Shown piece after piece: positions 12,707 to 20,000 of a stretch of DNA of 20,000 bases; positions within the stretch are counted from its first letter, which is position 1; each line of letters starts with the position of its first letter. Location: assembly GCA_040290255.1 (NCBI GenBank), contig PSMU01000001.1, positions 97,037 through 117,036 on the forward strand. The letters run 5' to 3'. A program made the translations under genes and the position numbers. The notes under the pieces are model-generated. The model worked only from the letters and a program-made list of their open reading frames with translations, ran no database searches and was not told where the DNA came from. Source of the DNA: Nitrososphaerota archaeon (lineage in GTDB: Archaea; Thermoproteota; Nitrososphaeria; PSMU01).

Positions 12707-12750
12707 CTTTGTAGCTTAATATGGGCAGGGCATCCGAGGGCCATAAACGC

Positions 12751-12760
12751 TTAATTTATC
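12751..12760 (+). promoter_or_regulatory. TATA-like box for the polynucleotide kinase gene
   Basis: ttaatttatc, about 26-30 nt before the ATG at 12786, consistent with a leaderless transcript. Confidence 0.45.
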
Positions 12761-12785
12761 CTTTTGCGCGCTTGGCGTGTCCCAT

Positions 12786-13970
12786 ATGCTTAGCCGGCGG
12801 TTCAGCTTAGAGGCGGGCCGCGCAGTATTGGTTGCTGGACCAGCGGTCGCGCAGATCCTACGAGGGCGGCTTGAGTGCTTAGGAAAGGAGCTTTACGAGG
12901 GGGAGAGGGTCGTTGTACGAGAGGGGAAGGAACTGCCTCTTGAAGCGCTGAGCAATGCTGAGTTAGAAGTTAAGGTAACGCGTGGAGCGAATTGCCGACT
13001 CATAGGCTCAGGTGAAAGCCTAGGCACGAGGATTTGGGATAGTGCTATCTCCAACATAGTAAGCCATAGCGAGAGCTGTAGGGACTGCGTGATAACCGCC
13101 CTCGGGCCTGTAAGCACCGGCAAATCTACCTTCCTCTGCTATGTTGCCAATCGCCTCCTAGATAAGAAGGAAAAGGAACTCGTGATAATAGACGCGGATA
13201 TAGGACAGAATGATCTTGGCCCTCCTTGCTCGCTGGCGCTGGCTAAGGTAGACCGTCAAGTAACCGATCTACGGGAGCTGAAGCCCACGATGTTCGACTT
13301 CGTGGGGTATTTCTCCGCCGGCCTTAACCCGCATTACGTCGCACAGCGTGTTATCGGTTTCGTTTCGAGACTTAAAAGGGACAGGGCCCGAGAAAGGCTA
13401 ATCCTTCTTAACACGGACGGGTTTGTGGAGGGGGAAGGCCTGGTCACAAAACTATGGCTACTAAAGGGGACAGGAACACATTTGGCCGTGTTTACCGATA
13501 ACGGCGTGGCCAGTAAAGCCCTGCAGTTAGGCCTAGCTCCAAACAAATTTATCGTGATAGCCAGGCCTGATATTAACGTCCGAAGCAGGCTAATAAGGGC
13601 CAACAGGCGCTTGCTGCAATACCTGAAATTCCTTCAGGGAGCAAGGCCCAGAAGATTGCATCTGAGCGACACAAGATTGGCTTTCCTAGGCAGGAGTTGC
13701 AGGGTGGTTGACTTTGAGCCCCACGCCAGGAGTTACCTTCTCAGCTTATCCAGCAACGAGGTCCTAGTGCCAGCTATAGCGATGGACCACATGTTCGTCG
13801 CACTAGCCCGTAACGACGAGGTGCAGGGCTTCGGCGTCATTAAACAGTATAGGCGTGATGGAGAAATGGTAGTACTGACTCCAACTTCTGGCCCCGTTAA
13901 CACGATATTTCTTAGCCTAGTGCGGCTGCCAAGATTAGGTGCGGAGGAAGCCTTGCGCTTAGCTACCTGA
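12786..13970 (+). CDS. Clp1/Grc3-type polynucleotide 5'-hydroxyl-kinase
   Basis: Walker A GPVSTGKSTFLCYVANRLL, LVIIDADIGQNDLGPPCSLAL, GYFSAGLNPHYV, LLNTDGFVEGEG. The track ORF starts at 12777 (GTG); ATG at 12786 is in frame. Confidence 0.88.
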   Translation: MLSRRFSLEAGRAVLVAGPAVAQILRGRLECLGKELYEGERVVVREGKELPLEALSNAELEVKVTRGANCRLIGSGESLGTRIWDSAISNIVSHSESCRDCVITALGPVSTGKSTFLCYVANRLLDKKEKELVIIDADIGQNDLGPPCSLALAKVDRQVTDLRELKPTMFDFVGYFSAGLNPHYVAQRVIGFVSRLKRDRARERLILLNTDGFVEGEGLVTKLWLLKGTGTHLAVFTDNGVASKALQLGLAPNKFIVIARPDINVRSRLIRANRRLLQYLKFLQGARPRRLHLSDTRLAFLGRSCRVVDFEPHARSYLLSLSSNEVLVPAIAMDHMFVALARNDEVQGFGVIKQYRRDGEMVVLTPTSGPVNTIFLSLVRLPRLGAEEALRLAT

Positions 13971-13980
13971 GGATCGGTGT

Positions 13981-15867
13981 TTAGTTGTTGCGATGGGTAG
14001 ATAGCATCGTCTGCAGGCCCTTCTTATCGGATATTGTCTTTGCGTCGCGTAGAAGCCACTCTGGTAAGTGTTCACTCACTTGAGGGCTGAGAAAGCGCTT
14101 GTCGAGAAGGTAGACAACTATCTTCTTCGACTTAGCCCTTAGCGCGCGGCCTATACATTGCAGGCATGCCTCTATCGCGGGCCTTAGGAACAGATGAGTG
14201 TAGGCAAGCCTTAAAGATGGCCGCAGTGCCCTGAGCGTGAGCAAGAGCGGCCTTTTCGGTTGTGGCAGGGCTAGACCTACGATGGCGACCCCTTGAATAG
14301 AATCTGGCGGGAAATCCTCCCCTTCCGAGAATCGCCCATTCTGAACTGCCATTAGCAGCGCTCTTGAAGCGAGATTTGCCTTAAAGAGGCGCATCATGTT
14401 CTCGGCTTCTTCCATGGAAAGCTGCCTTTCTTCGGTCATAATAACGATATTATCGGGCAATAACAGATGGGGCTTCACGGCCTTCATCATCGCATAAGAT
14501 GAGAAGAAGAGACAGGTGTTGCCAGGAATGCTGGCCACGAAGAGGCTGAGTCGCTCACCTATCTCCCTCAAGTTGGCTTGGCTTCGCTCCCTAAGCCTGC
14601 TGGTTAGAGCTGCATCTACTATGCAGAGAAGGCCAGGGAATGCGGCCTTGGCATCCCTTAATGCCCAGTAAGTTATAGGTCCTTCTAGATCGAGCAGCCT
14701 GCGTAACACCTCTGGCGACCCAAGTGTGGCGGAGAGGAGGATCTTACCTCCACGCCACAGAGGCTTGCTCGGGAGGCTTAACGAAGGCCTGATGCATTTT
14801 ATGAGTATTGTGCTTCGCTCTTCTGGCTTATAGGAAGGTACGAACGTTATGCAGTCCTTCAACATTCCCGCTTCCCGTAAAGAGGTGAGGCGTTCAAGGG
14901 CCTCAAGAACCCCTACAGATGCATGGGACCTCATGATTAGGGGGCTAGCGGCAAGAGTCCTTTGGAGAGATGTAGCCCTGAGGTCAGCATAGATTCTGTC
15001 TAGAGTATGATGTAGGCCACTAGTGAGCCGCATATAAGCTTCCTCGCCTGTAATGGCCTGCCCCTTACTAAGCTCTCCCGCCAAGGCACCTAGATTGGCC
15101 TTCAAGAGGCCAAGTTGTTCCGCCAGCGCAGGCGGAGCGCTTCCAGCTACTTCAGCTAGGGCTTCATGAAGAAGTGACCCGGAGAGGGCTACAGAGAACA
15201 GCGAGGTCAGACTAGAAAACAGGCTGTGAGCCTCATCGATGACGTAGCATAGACGGGTGGTGACGGCACTTAGAAGCTGTACTAGGTAATTCCTGAAGGA
15301 TAGGAAGAAATAGCGGTACGTCATAACAAGAACGTTAGAGTTGAGTGCGAGCCTTAGCAGGGCCTCATAGGGGCAGAAAGCGTTATGCCTGCTAGTCGCC
15401 AGCAAGTCCTCTAGCAGGTTCCTTCTTATGGAGGTGAGGGCCGCTATTGGTAAGGCGTGCGTCCTTTCGTAGTACTGACAAATTCTATTCCTCACTAGAT
15501 GGTTACAATACGCGCTGAAAAGCGCGCGTTCTACCTCGATCTGCTCATCTCTCCTCTTCAAGCATAGTTCAAACCTGGGCAGGAACGATATGGGTTTAAG
15601 CGATGTTAGTTTTTGGCTAACTCGCATATATTCCTCAATAACGCGAGCAACCTCTCTTCTAGTTCTAGCTAAAAATATAAGTTTGTACTCTTCGTGGGAT
15701 CTCGCCACGTTGTCGAACGCTGATAGCACGCACACCGTCTTTCCGAATCCGCTTGGAGCTTCTACTAAGAGTGTTCTTTCTTCTTCGAGGGCTTTCTGTA
15801 TTAACCCTACTAATTCCTGCTGGCCCTGACGAGGCGGCTCGTAGGGGAATGGCTCTTTGAATGACAA
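13981..15867 (-). CDS. XPD/Rad3-family ATP-dependent DNA helicase
   Basis: 628 aa: Walker A APSGFGKTVCVLSAF; Fe-S cysteines in FELCLKRRD, AYCNHLVRNRIC and AFCPYEALLRLA; VLVMTYRYFF; DEAH box YVIDEAHSLF; SEGEDFP; CIGRALR near the C-terminus. Confidence 0.93.
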   Translation of the reverse strand: MSFKEPFPYEPPRQGQQELVGLIQKALEEERTLLVEAPSGFGKTVCVLSAFDNVARSHEEYKLIFLARTRREVARVIEEYMRVSQKLTSLKPISFLPRFELCLKRRDEQIEVERALFSAYCNHLVRNRICQYYERTHALPIAALTSIRRNLLEDLLATSRHNAFCPYEALLRLALNSNVLVMTYRYFFLSFRNYLVQLLSAVTTRLCYVIDEAHSLFSSLTSLFSVALSGSLLHEALAEVAGSAPPALAEQLGLLKANLGALAGELSKGQAITGEEAYMRLTSGLHHTLDRIYADLRATSLQRTLAASPLIMRSHASVGVLEALERLTSLREAGMLKDCITFVPSYKPEERSTILIKCIRPSLSLPSKPLWRGGKILLSATLGSPEVLRRLLDLEGPITYWALRDAKAAFPGLLCIVDAALTSRLRERSQANLREIGERLSLFVASIPGNTCLFFSSYAMMKAVKPHLLLPDNIVIMTEERQLSMEEAENMMRLFKANLASRALLMAVQNGRFSEGEDFPPDSIQGVAIVGLALPQPKRPLLLTLRALRPSLRLAYTHLFLRPAIEACLQCIGRALRAKSKKIVVYLLDKRFLSPQVSEHLPEWLLRDAKTISDKKGLQTMLSTHRNN

Positions 15868-15890
15868 CGTCCGTATGGGAATGCGCGAAT

Positions 15891-16271
15891 TTAAGCTCCC
15901 CTCCTCGGTTCTCTAGAGGACTGTATTAATTTCAGGAGCTGCAGGTAGGCTTTAGCGAGCTCAACATACTTTAATTCCTCCTCCAGATTTAGCGGACTCT
16001 GCAACTTCTCGGAAAGTTCCTGCAGTCTCCTATAGCTAACATTTTCCAAGGTAGAGAAGGGGCTGGTCTGCTCGGCATGGGTTCCCGCGGCCTTAGAAGT
16101 GGTAACTTCCTTTGGCCCTGGCTTTGGCAATATGCCGCAGTTAAGGCAATATTGGGAGCCTTGGTACAAGAGTAAGATGCCGTTGCACTGAGGGCAGGGC
16201 TCCTTAAGGAGCGTGGCACCCTTTCGTAGCAACTCGGCCGCTTGGCGTAGATCTTTCCTTGTAGCGCTCAT
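15891..16271 (-). CDS. Sjogren's syndrome/scleroderma autoantigen 1-family zinc-ribbon protein
   Basis: 126 aa: AAELLRKGATLLKEPCPQCNGILLLYQGSQYCLNCG is the classic N-terminus of this family. Adjacent to the XPD gene. Confidence 0.8.
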   Translation of the reverse strand: MSATRKDLRQAAELLRKGATLLKEPCPQCNGILLLYQGSQYCLNCGILPKPGPKEVTTSKAAGTHAEQTSPFSTLENVSYRRLQELSEKLQSPLNLEEELKYVELAKAYLQLLKLIQSSREPRRGA

Positions 16272-16337
16272 CTAGGACGACCACAGAGGTCGAAGCACTT
16301 ATTTATGCTCTTTCTTCGAGGGCTGCTAGGGAGCTTT

Positions 16338-16604
16338 ATGATGATAAACGAGAAGCTCGACCGTATAAAGAAGGCCTTGGAGCTGCTGAGGATAGTGGCC
16401 GAGGACGCAGCTACCCCCAGGGCCGTTAAGCGTATACTCAAAGAATCCCTCGAGACCTTACAAAATGAAAAGCTAAGCCCCGGCGTCAGGGCTGCTAATG
16501 TCGTTAGCGCATTAGAGGAAGTGGTTCAGGATCCGAACCTGCCCTCTTTCTCACGCGTTCAGATCTGGTCGGCAGTATCACAGCTCGAGGGCATTAGGGA
16601 TTAG
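16338..16604 (+). CDS. UPF0147 family protein
   Basis: KLDRIKKALELLRIVAEDAATPRAVKRILKESLETLQNEKLSPGVRAANVVSALEEVVQDPNLPSFSRVQIWSAVSQLEGI. ATG at 16338 inferred; the track ORF starts at 16305. Confidence 0.92.
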   Translation: MMINEKLDRIKKALELLRIVAEDAATPRAVKRILKESLETLQNEKLSPGVRAANVVSALEEVVQDPNLPSFSRVQIWSAVSQLEGIRD

Positions 16605-17173
16605 GTGAACACGTCGTCCACGGAACCCATAGACTTCAGGTGGTGAGCTGTCTCTATGGGCAGAGTTAGCACATCGCCCTCCTTCACGGGTCCATATGTT
16701 CTTAGGTCCGTGTCCGTGACCTGATCTATAGGCTTAAGGCATCTGACTATAAGCCTTGATCCCGACAATTCTTCCTTGATACGGCTCAGAGCGCTTACTC
16801 TTACATTCTTGAGCGCAAACCGAACAATGAAGAGACGTCTCTCGAATTCTAGCAGCGGCTCCAGAATGTATTTCTCTTCATCGGGTAGAGTAGCCCAAGG
16901 AATGTCCTCCGGTTTGCCACTAAGCAGCAAATCTATCATTTTAGTGACGCGACTCATGAGTAGTTTTGATAATAATTCTGATAACAGCTGTCGCCTTCTG
17001 CTCATCAGCCGTGAGTAGAGGCTATCGGTGTCTATTTCTCCCAATGTAAAATCCGCGACCGTGCCTAAGGCCTCCCGATAAAACTGTGATGGTAGTCTCC
17101 CGATGGTCTCCGAAGCCATCTCCTCCTTCAAGAGTGGGACGAGACGCTCTATATAGGGAAGGGCTCTCTCCAT
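16601..17173 (-). CDS. GINS complex subunit (archaeal GINS51/GINS15-like)
   Basis: MSRVTKMIDLLLSGKPEDIPWATLPDEEKYILEPLLEFERR and C-terminal VRCLKPIDQVTDTDLRTYGPVKEGDVLTLPIETAHHLKSMGSVDDV, the GINS B-domain pattern. The track ORF extends to 17332, overlapping priS; ATG at 17173 is more plausible. Confidence 0.88.
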   Translation of the reverse strand: MERALPYIERLVPLLKEEMASETIGRLPSQFYREALGTVADFTLGEIDTDSLYSRLMSRRRQLLSELLSKLLMSRVTKMIDLLLSGKPEDIPWATLPDEEKYILEPLLEFERRLFIVRFALKNVRVSALSRIKEELSGSRLIVRCLKPIDQVTDTDLRTYGPVKEGDVLTLPIETAHHLKSMGSVDDVFT

Positions 17174-17220
17174 CAATCCCAATTTCGGGAGTGGACTTAT
17201 AGCGTTTGTGGCCTGGCGTT

Positions 17221-18372
17221 CTATTGCTCTATTACCAAGCTGGCTGCCCCCTTGCAAAGCAAGTAGATGGCCAGCCCTTGCGGTAGTCTTACGACCGTGT
17301 CTCTGGCTAGGCGATATTCCTGACCCTTCCAATAGAGGATGGGGACGAATTTCACCTTAACTTTAACCTGTGGATCATCCTCAAAGGCAACAGCCTCGGT
17401 AAAGGGATCGAACTTCGTTAAATCTCTACACCTGATCTTGATAAGCCCTGTATCTTCGTGAAGACTGCCCTCAAGCCTAGCCAGCCTGTGCAGGTCGCCT
17501 GTCACCACTGGGTCCAGCCTGACTTTATGTCTCTCTACGGAAGCTTGCAGCAGGGCTGTGAGCTCGTTCAAACCCCCCCGCTTATAGCTCTCGAGTACGA
17601 GCTGCTCGGAAAGGTCAGCAAAGAGTTTCGTCCTCCACCCCCCGTCGAGCCTCAACCTTTGTACTAGCGATGAGAGCTCTTTTTGGTTCATGTTATCGCG
17701 GAATCCGAGGGCCGTCGCATTGATGCCGCGCCCCAAGAAGTAATCCAGCAGTTCAAGCCGTTCCTGCTGGCCAAGATCCTGCACCGCGGTTGAAGTTACA
17801 AGTATGTGAAAGCCCCTATTGCCCGAGAAGTAAACGGAGATGTCTTGGGCATCAAAGCCAAGTTCCTCCTGCATGATCTTAAGGGCTTTCGCTACCTCAA
17901 TTTTGGCTTGTTGCACACAGTTACCGCAAGTCCATTTTTGCGTCTTCAGGTTTGTAGAACCGCAGCTGCTGCACTGTGTAACTTCAGAGACTGCCTGTAT
18001 TGCATCACAAGCTAGGCAGAATACGAGGTCATGCTTAGCCTTACAAGGTAGGTCCAGCATATCGGCATCAATATCGAGAAAGAGATCGGCGCCCAGGAAG
18101 CCTTTATCCTGGATGGGTAAGGCTGGATGGCTATAGTAAGCTACGGAGGCGAATATGCCTCTTGGTATAACTCGGAGTATAAGGCTCCTGAGCTCTCCGA
18201 CATCTCTCACGCTCAGATGTCTAACCATAGCGTTGCTGAAGGTCAGGTACCCTATCTCCCTAGACTCTATCTGAGGGGGGCCTGTTATGGTTTCTATATT
18301 TCTATAATAGTATTCCCTGAACTTCCTGTAAATGAACTCGTTTAGGTCAGGCTCAACGGTCAAATCTAGCAT
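17221..18372 (-). CDS. priS: DNA primase small (catalytic) subunit PriS
   Basis: 383 aa: REIGYLTFSNAMVRHLSV, GADLFLDIDADMLDLPCK, ISVYFSGNRGFHILV, RLDPVVTGDLHRLARLEGSLHEDTGLIK. Confidence 0.95.
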   Translation of the reverse strand: MLDLTVEPDLNEFIYRKFREYYYRNIETITGPPQIESREIGYLTFSNAMVRHLSVRDVGELRSLILRVIPRGIFASVAYYSHPALPIQDKGFLGADLFLDIDADMLDLPCKAKHDLVFCLACDAIQAVSEVTQCSSCGSTNLKTQKWTCGNCVQQAKIEVAKALKIMQEELGFDAQDISVYFSGNRGFHILVTSTAVQDLGQQERLELLDYFLGRGINATALGFRDNMNQKELSSLVQRLRLDGGWRTKLFADLSEQLVLESYKRGGLNELTALLQASVERHKVRLDPVVTGDLHRLARLEGSLHEDTGLIKIRCRDLTKFDPFTEAVAFEDDPQVKVKVKFVPILYWKGQEYRLARDTVVRLPQGLAIYLLCKGAASLVIEQ

Positions 18373-19024
18373 AAGATCGCATCGTCTGTCTTAAGCTTGC
18401 TCTTCTCATAAGGTAGCCTATCAATTCAGCTAAGAGAGAGGAGCTATTAGGGGGATATCGAGTAGGGTCTCTTAATTTATTTTCAAGGTGACCATAAGAG
18501 GCCAGCATGGCAAGCTCTCCTAGTTCCAGCGTGTTTAGCTTTAGCGTTCCAGCGCTTAGGGATAAATTCGAAAGCCGTAGGCTGCGGTCAGCCATCCACT
18601 CAGGACACTTCTTCTTTATCTCCAGATAGCTAGAGAGCGGAACGCAGAAACTGGGTGAGCCTGAGGGGTCCATGCGGAACGTTATGTTGCCGATGATCGT
18701 TCTCAAGGCCCTAATGACTAGTTTATTTCCAATGTATATCAGCACTAGATGCTTTGTGCGGTAAGCGTTAAAGTAGGCCCAGTTGCTGATAAACTCACCT
18801 ATACCTGAATTAGATACAGCTGTACTGATCAGGTGATAATAAACTGGATACCTCTCAGTAAGCGAGGCGGCCAGCTCAGCTGGATTCGCCTTGAAAGCAA
18901 TTACAGGTTTCATCAGATCATGAATTTCCCTGAGCGCATCTTGCTTTAATTCGATGGGGTTATAATACGTAGTCCTCACTAAAAATGGAAATAGGTAGGC
19001 CATGAGTGGCAAACGCTCCGTCAT
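18353..19024 (-). CDS. priL: DNA primase large subunit PriL-like, N-terminal domain only
   Basis: 223 aa, overlapping the priS start by 20 nt. Sequence pattern FCVPLSSYLEIKKKCPEWMADRSLRLSNLSLSAGTLKLNTLELGELAMLASYGHLE resembles the PriL N-terminal segment (F-x-V-x4-YL ... W-x-L ... G-x-V-x-L ...). Genomic position next to priS. Confidence 0.7.
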   Translation of the reverse strand: MTERLPLMAYLFPFLVRTTYYNPIELKQDALREIHDLMKPVIAFKANPAELAASLTERYPVYYHLISTAVSNSGIGEFISNWAYFNAYRTKHLVLIYIGNKLVIRALRTIIGNITFRMDPSGSPSFCVPLSSYLEIKKKCPEWMADRSLRLSNLSLSAGTLKLNTLELGELAMLASYGHLENKLRDPTRYPPNSSSLLAELIGYLMRRASLRQTMRSYARFDR

Positions 19025-19062
19025 CCCGAGCTAGTTAAGCCCTGAGCTTTAAGCGCCCCTGC

Positions 19063-19827
19063 TTATTCTAAACGCGGAGCCAGAAAGAACGTCAGCGTTA
19101 GACCCTCCGCCGGTCTGGATTCTAGTTTTAACGGACTTTTATTGGAGAACTCGAATAAGACCGTCGGCGTGGCCTTGCTTACTGATTTAATGAACGCGTC
19201 TAGGAAGTCCAGATTGTAAGACGCGGCTGCTGATTCTTTCACCTTGTAGTCGTAAATCTCCGATGCGCTTTTTGGTACCGTTAGAGTTACTTCTCCAAAT
19301 TCACTTCTACCCTTAAAGGTCAAGCTGTCAGGGTTCGCCTCTATCATTATGTGATCCGAAATGGTTGAAATACGTTTTATGCAGCGACCTAACAGGGCGG
19401 CCGAGAGCTGAGCTGAAACACTAAAATTGATCTTCGGCAAGGGCGGCGTACCTGTCTCAAAGACTTCGACCATTTGAAGGCGCCATCTCTCAACGCCTCC
19501 TTCGTCTTCACTAAAAAACGAAAAGGTAACGGTATCGCCCTCCTCTATTGCCAATTCTACTCGATTTGCCTTATCCACCCCCTTCAACATTTTCACGAGA
19601 TCTTCCATGCGGAGCCCGAACCTTATCTTGCCTTCGCAGCTGTATTCTTCGAAGGCTGTCTTACTCCAAGAAAGGTCGATCATAGCGACGTGTGAAGGGT
19701 CCATGGCTCTAAAGGATATACCTGCTTCATTGGCTTCGAATGAAGCCTCTTCCACGAGCGCCGCTATGCTCACGGCAACGGTCCGCCAGACATCTACGGA
19801 TGAAGTTACGGCCTTAAGTGCCGCCAT
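19063..19827 (-). CDS. pcn: DNA polymerase sliding clamp (PCNA)
   Basis: FEANEAGISFRAMDPSHVAMIDLSW, FGLRMEDLVKMLKGV, ISDHIMIEANPDSLTFKGRSEFGEVTLTV, YNLDFLDAFIKSVSKATPTVLFEFSNKSPLKL. The track start is 19836 (GTG), with an in-frame ATG at 19827. Confidence 0.96.
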   Translation of the reverse strand: MAALKAVTSSVDVWRTVAVSIAALVEEASFEANEAGISFRAMDPSHVAMIDLSWSKTAFEEYSCEGKIRFGLRMEDLVKMLKGVDKANRVELAIEEGDTVTFSFFSEDEGGVERWRLQMVEVFETGTPPLPKINFSVSAQLSAALLGRCIKRISTISDHIMIEANPDSLTFKGRSEFGEVTLTVPKSASEIYDYKVKESAAASYNLDFLDAFIKSVSKATPTVLFEFSNKSPLKLESRPAEGLTLTFFLAPRLE

Positions 19828-19851
19828 ATCACACACTACTTACGGATATAC

Positions 19852-19860
19852 TATTTAAGC
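19852..19860 (-). promoter_or_regulatory. TATA-like box for the pcn gene
   Basis: Minus-strand GCTTAAATAG about 28 nt upstream of the ATG at 19827. Confidence 0.45.
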
Positions 19861-19875
19861 GAGCAGCCCTTAGCC

Positions 19876-20000
19876 TTAGGCGTACTGTCGCCATGTGTAA
19901 TTGCACTTTAGGCACCTATAGAACTGGGTGGAGGGCTCGTCGCCTCCCCTTGTTTGCACGATCCACCAAGTGGCTTCATCATGACCACACTGAGGGCACT
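19876..20000 (-). CDS. Transcription factor S / RPB9-TFIIS-type zinc-ribbon protein, C-terminal part (5' end outside window)
   Basis: Minus-strand translation from 19998: CPQCGHDEATWWIVQTRGGDEPSTQFYRCLKCNYTWRQYA-stop, the TFIIS/TFS C-terminal zinc ribbon. Not in the ORF track because it is truncated and short. Confidence 0.93.
   Translation of the reverse strand, partial: CPQCGHDEATWWIVQTRGGDEPSTQFYRCLKCNYTWRQYA

Noticed and set aside
12243-18345. Opposite-strand ORFs inside coaD, kinase, XPD, GINS and PriS (12243..12542, 12893..13123, 13334..13603, 15590..15829, 15989..16219, 16776..17018, 17458..17667, 17806..18015, 17840..18136, 18127..18345)
   Set aside because: Each is antisense to, or an alternate frame of, a well-supported gene and has no recognisable motifs.

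Overview
This window is a core-genome segment from a hyperthermophilic or thermophilic archaeon, probably of the TACK superphylum. That placement is inferred from gene content, not from a search. It opens with the 3' part of a 16S rRNA gene (+), a short spacer with no tRNA, a complete 23S rRNA (+), and a well-supported archaeal RNase P RNA gene about 75-100 nt downstream of the 23S. The 5S rRNA is detached from the operon: it lies about 5.5 kb away on the minus strand, between the thermosome gene and a DUF1512 gene. The protein-coding part is informational and housekeeping: endonuclease IV, HflX GTPase, MBF1, a PUA-domain protein, NAC, thermosome, DUF1512, a small CxxC protein, type II methionine aminopeptidase, archaeal CoaD, a Clp1/Grc3-type polynucleotide kinase, an XPD/Rad3 helicase, a Sjogren/scleroderma autoantigen-type zinc-ribbon protein, and UPF0147. 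A minus-strand replication/transcription cluster follows: TFS (partial) - PCNA - PriL-like - PriS - GINS. There is no CRISPR, phage or toxin/defence system. The most intriguing unexplained signal is a compact, highly structured intergenic element at 12619-12706. It has a 12-bp terminal stem, nested inner stems and an archaeal TATA-like box at the right distance upstream. It could be a novel small RNA or, alternatively, a MITE-like element. Second is the PriL-like protein, which appears to lack the whole Fe-S C-terminal domain. All product names come from motif and family recognition by eye.
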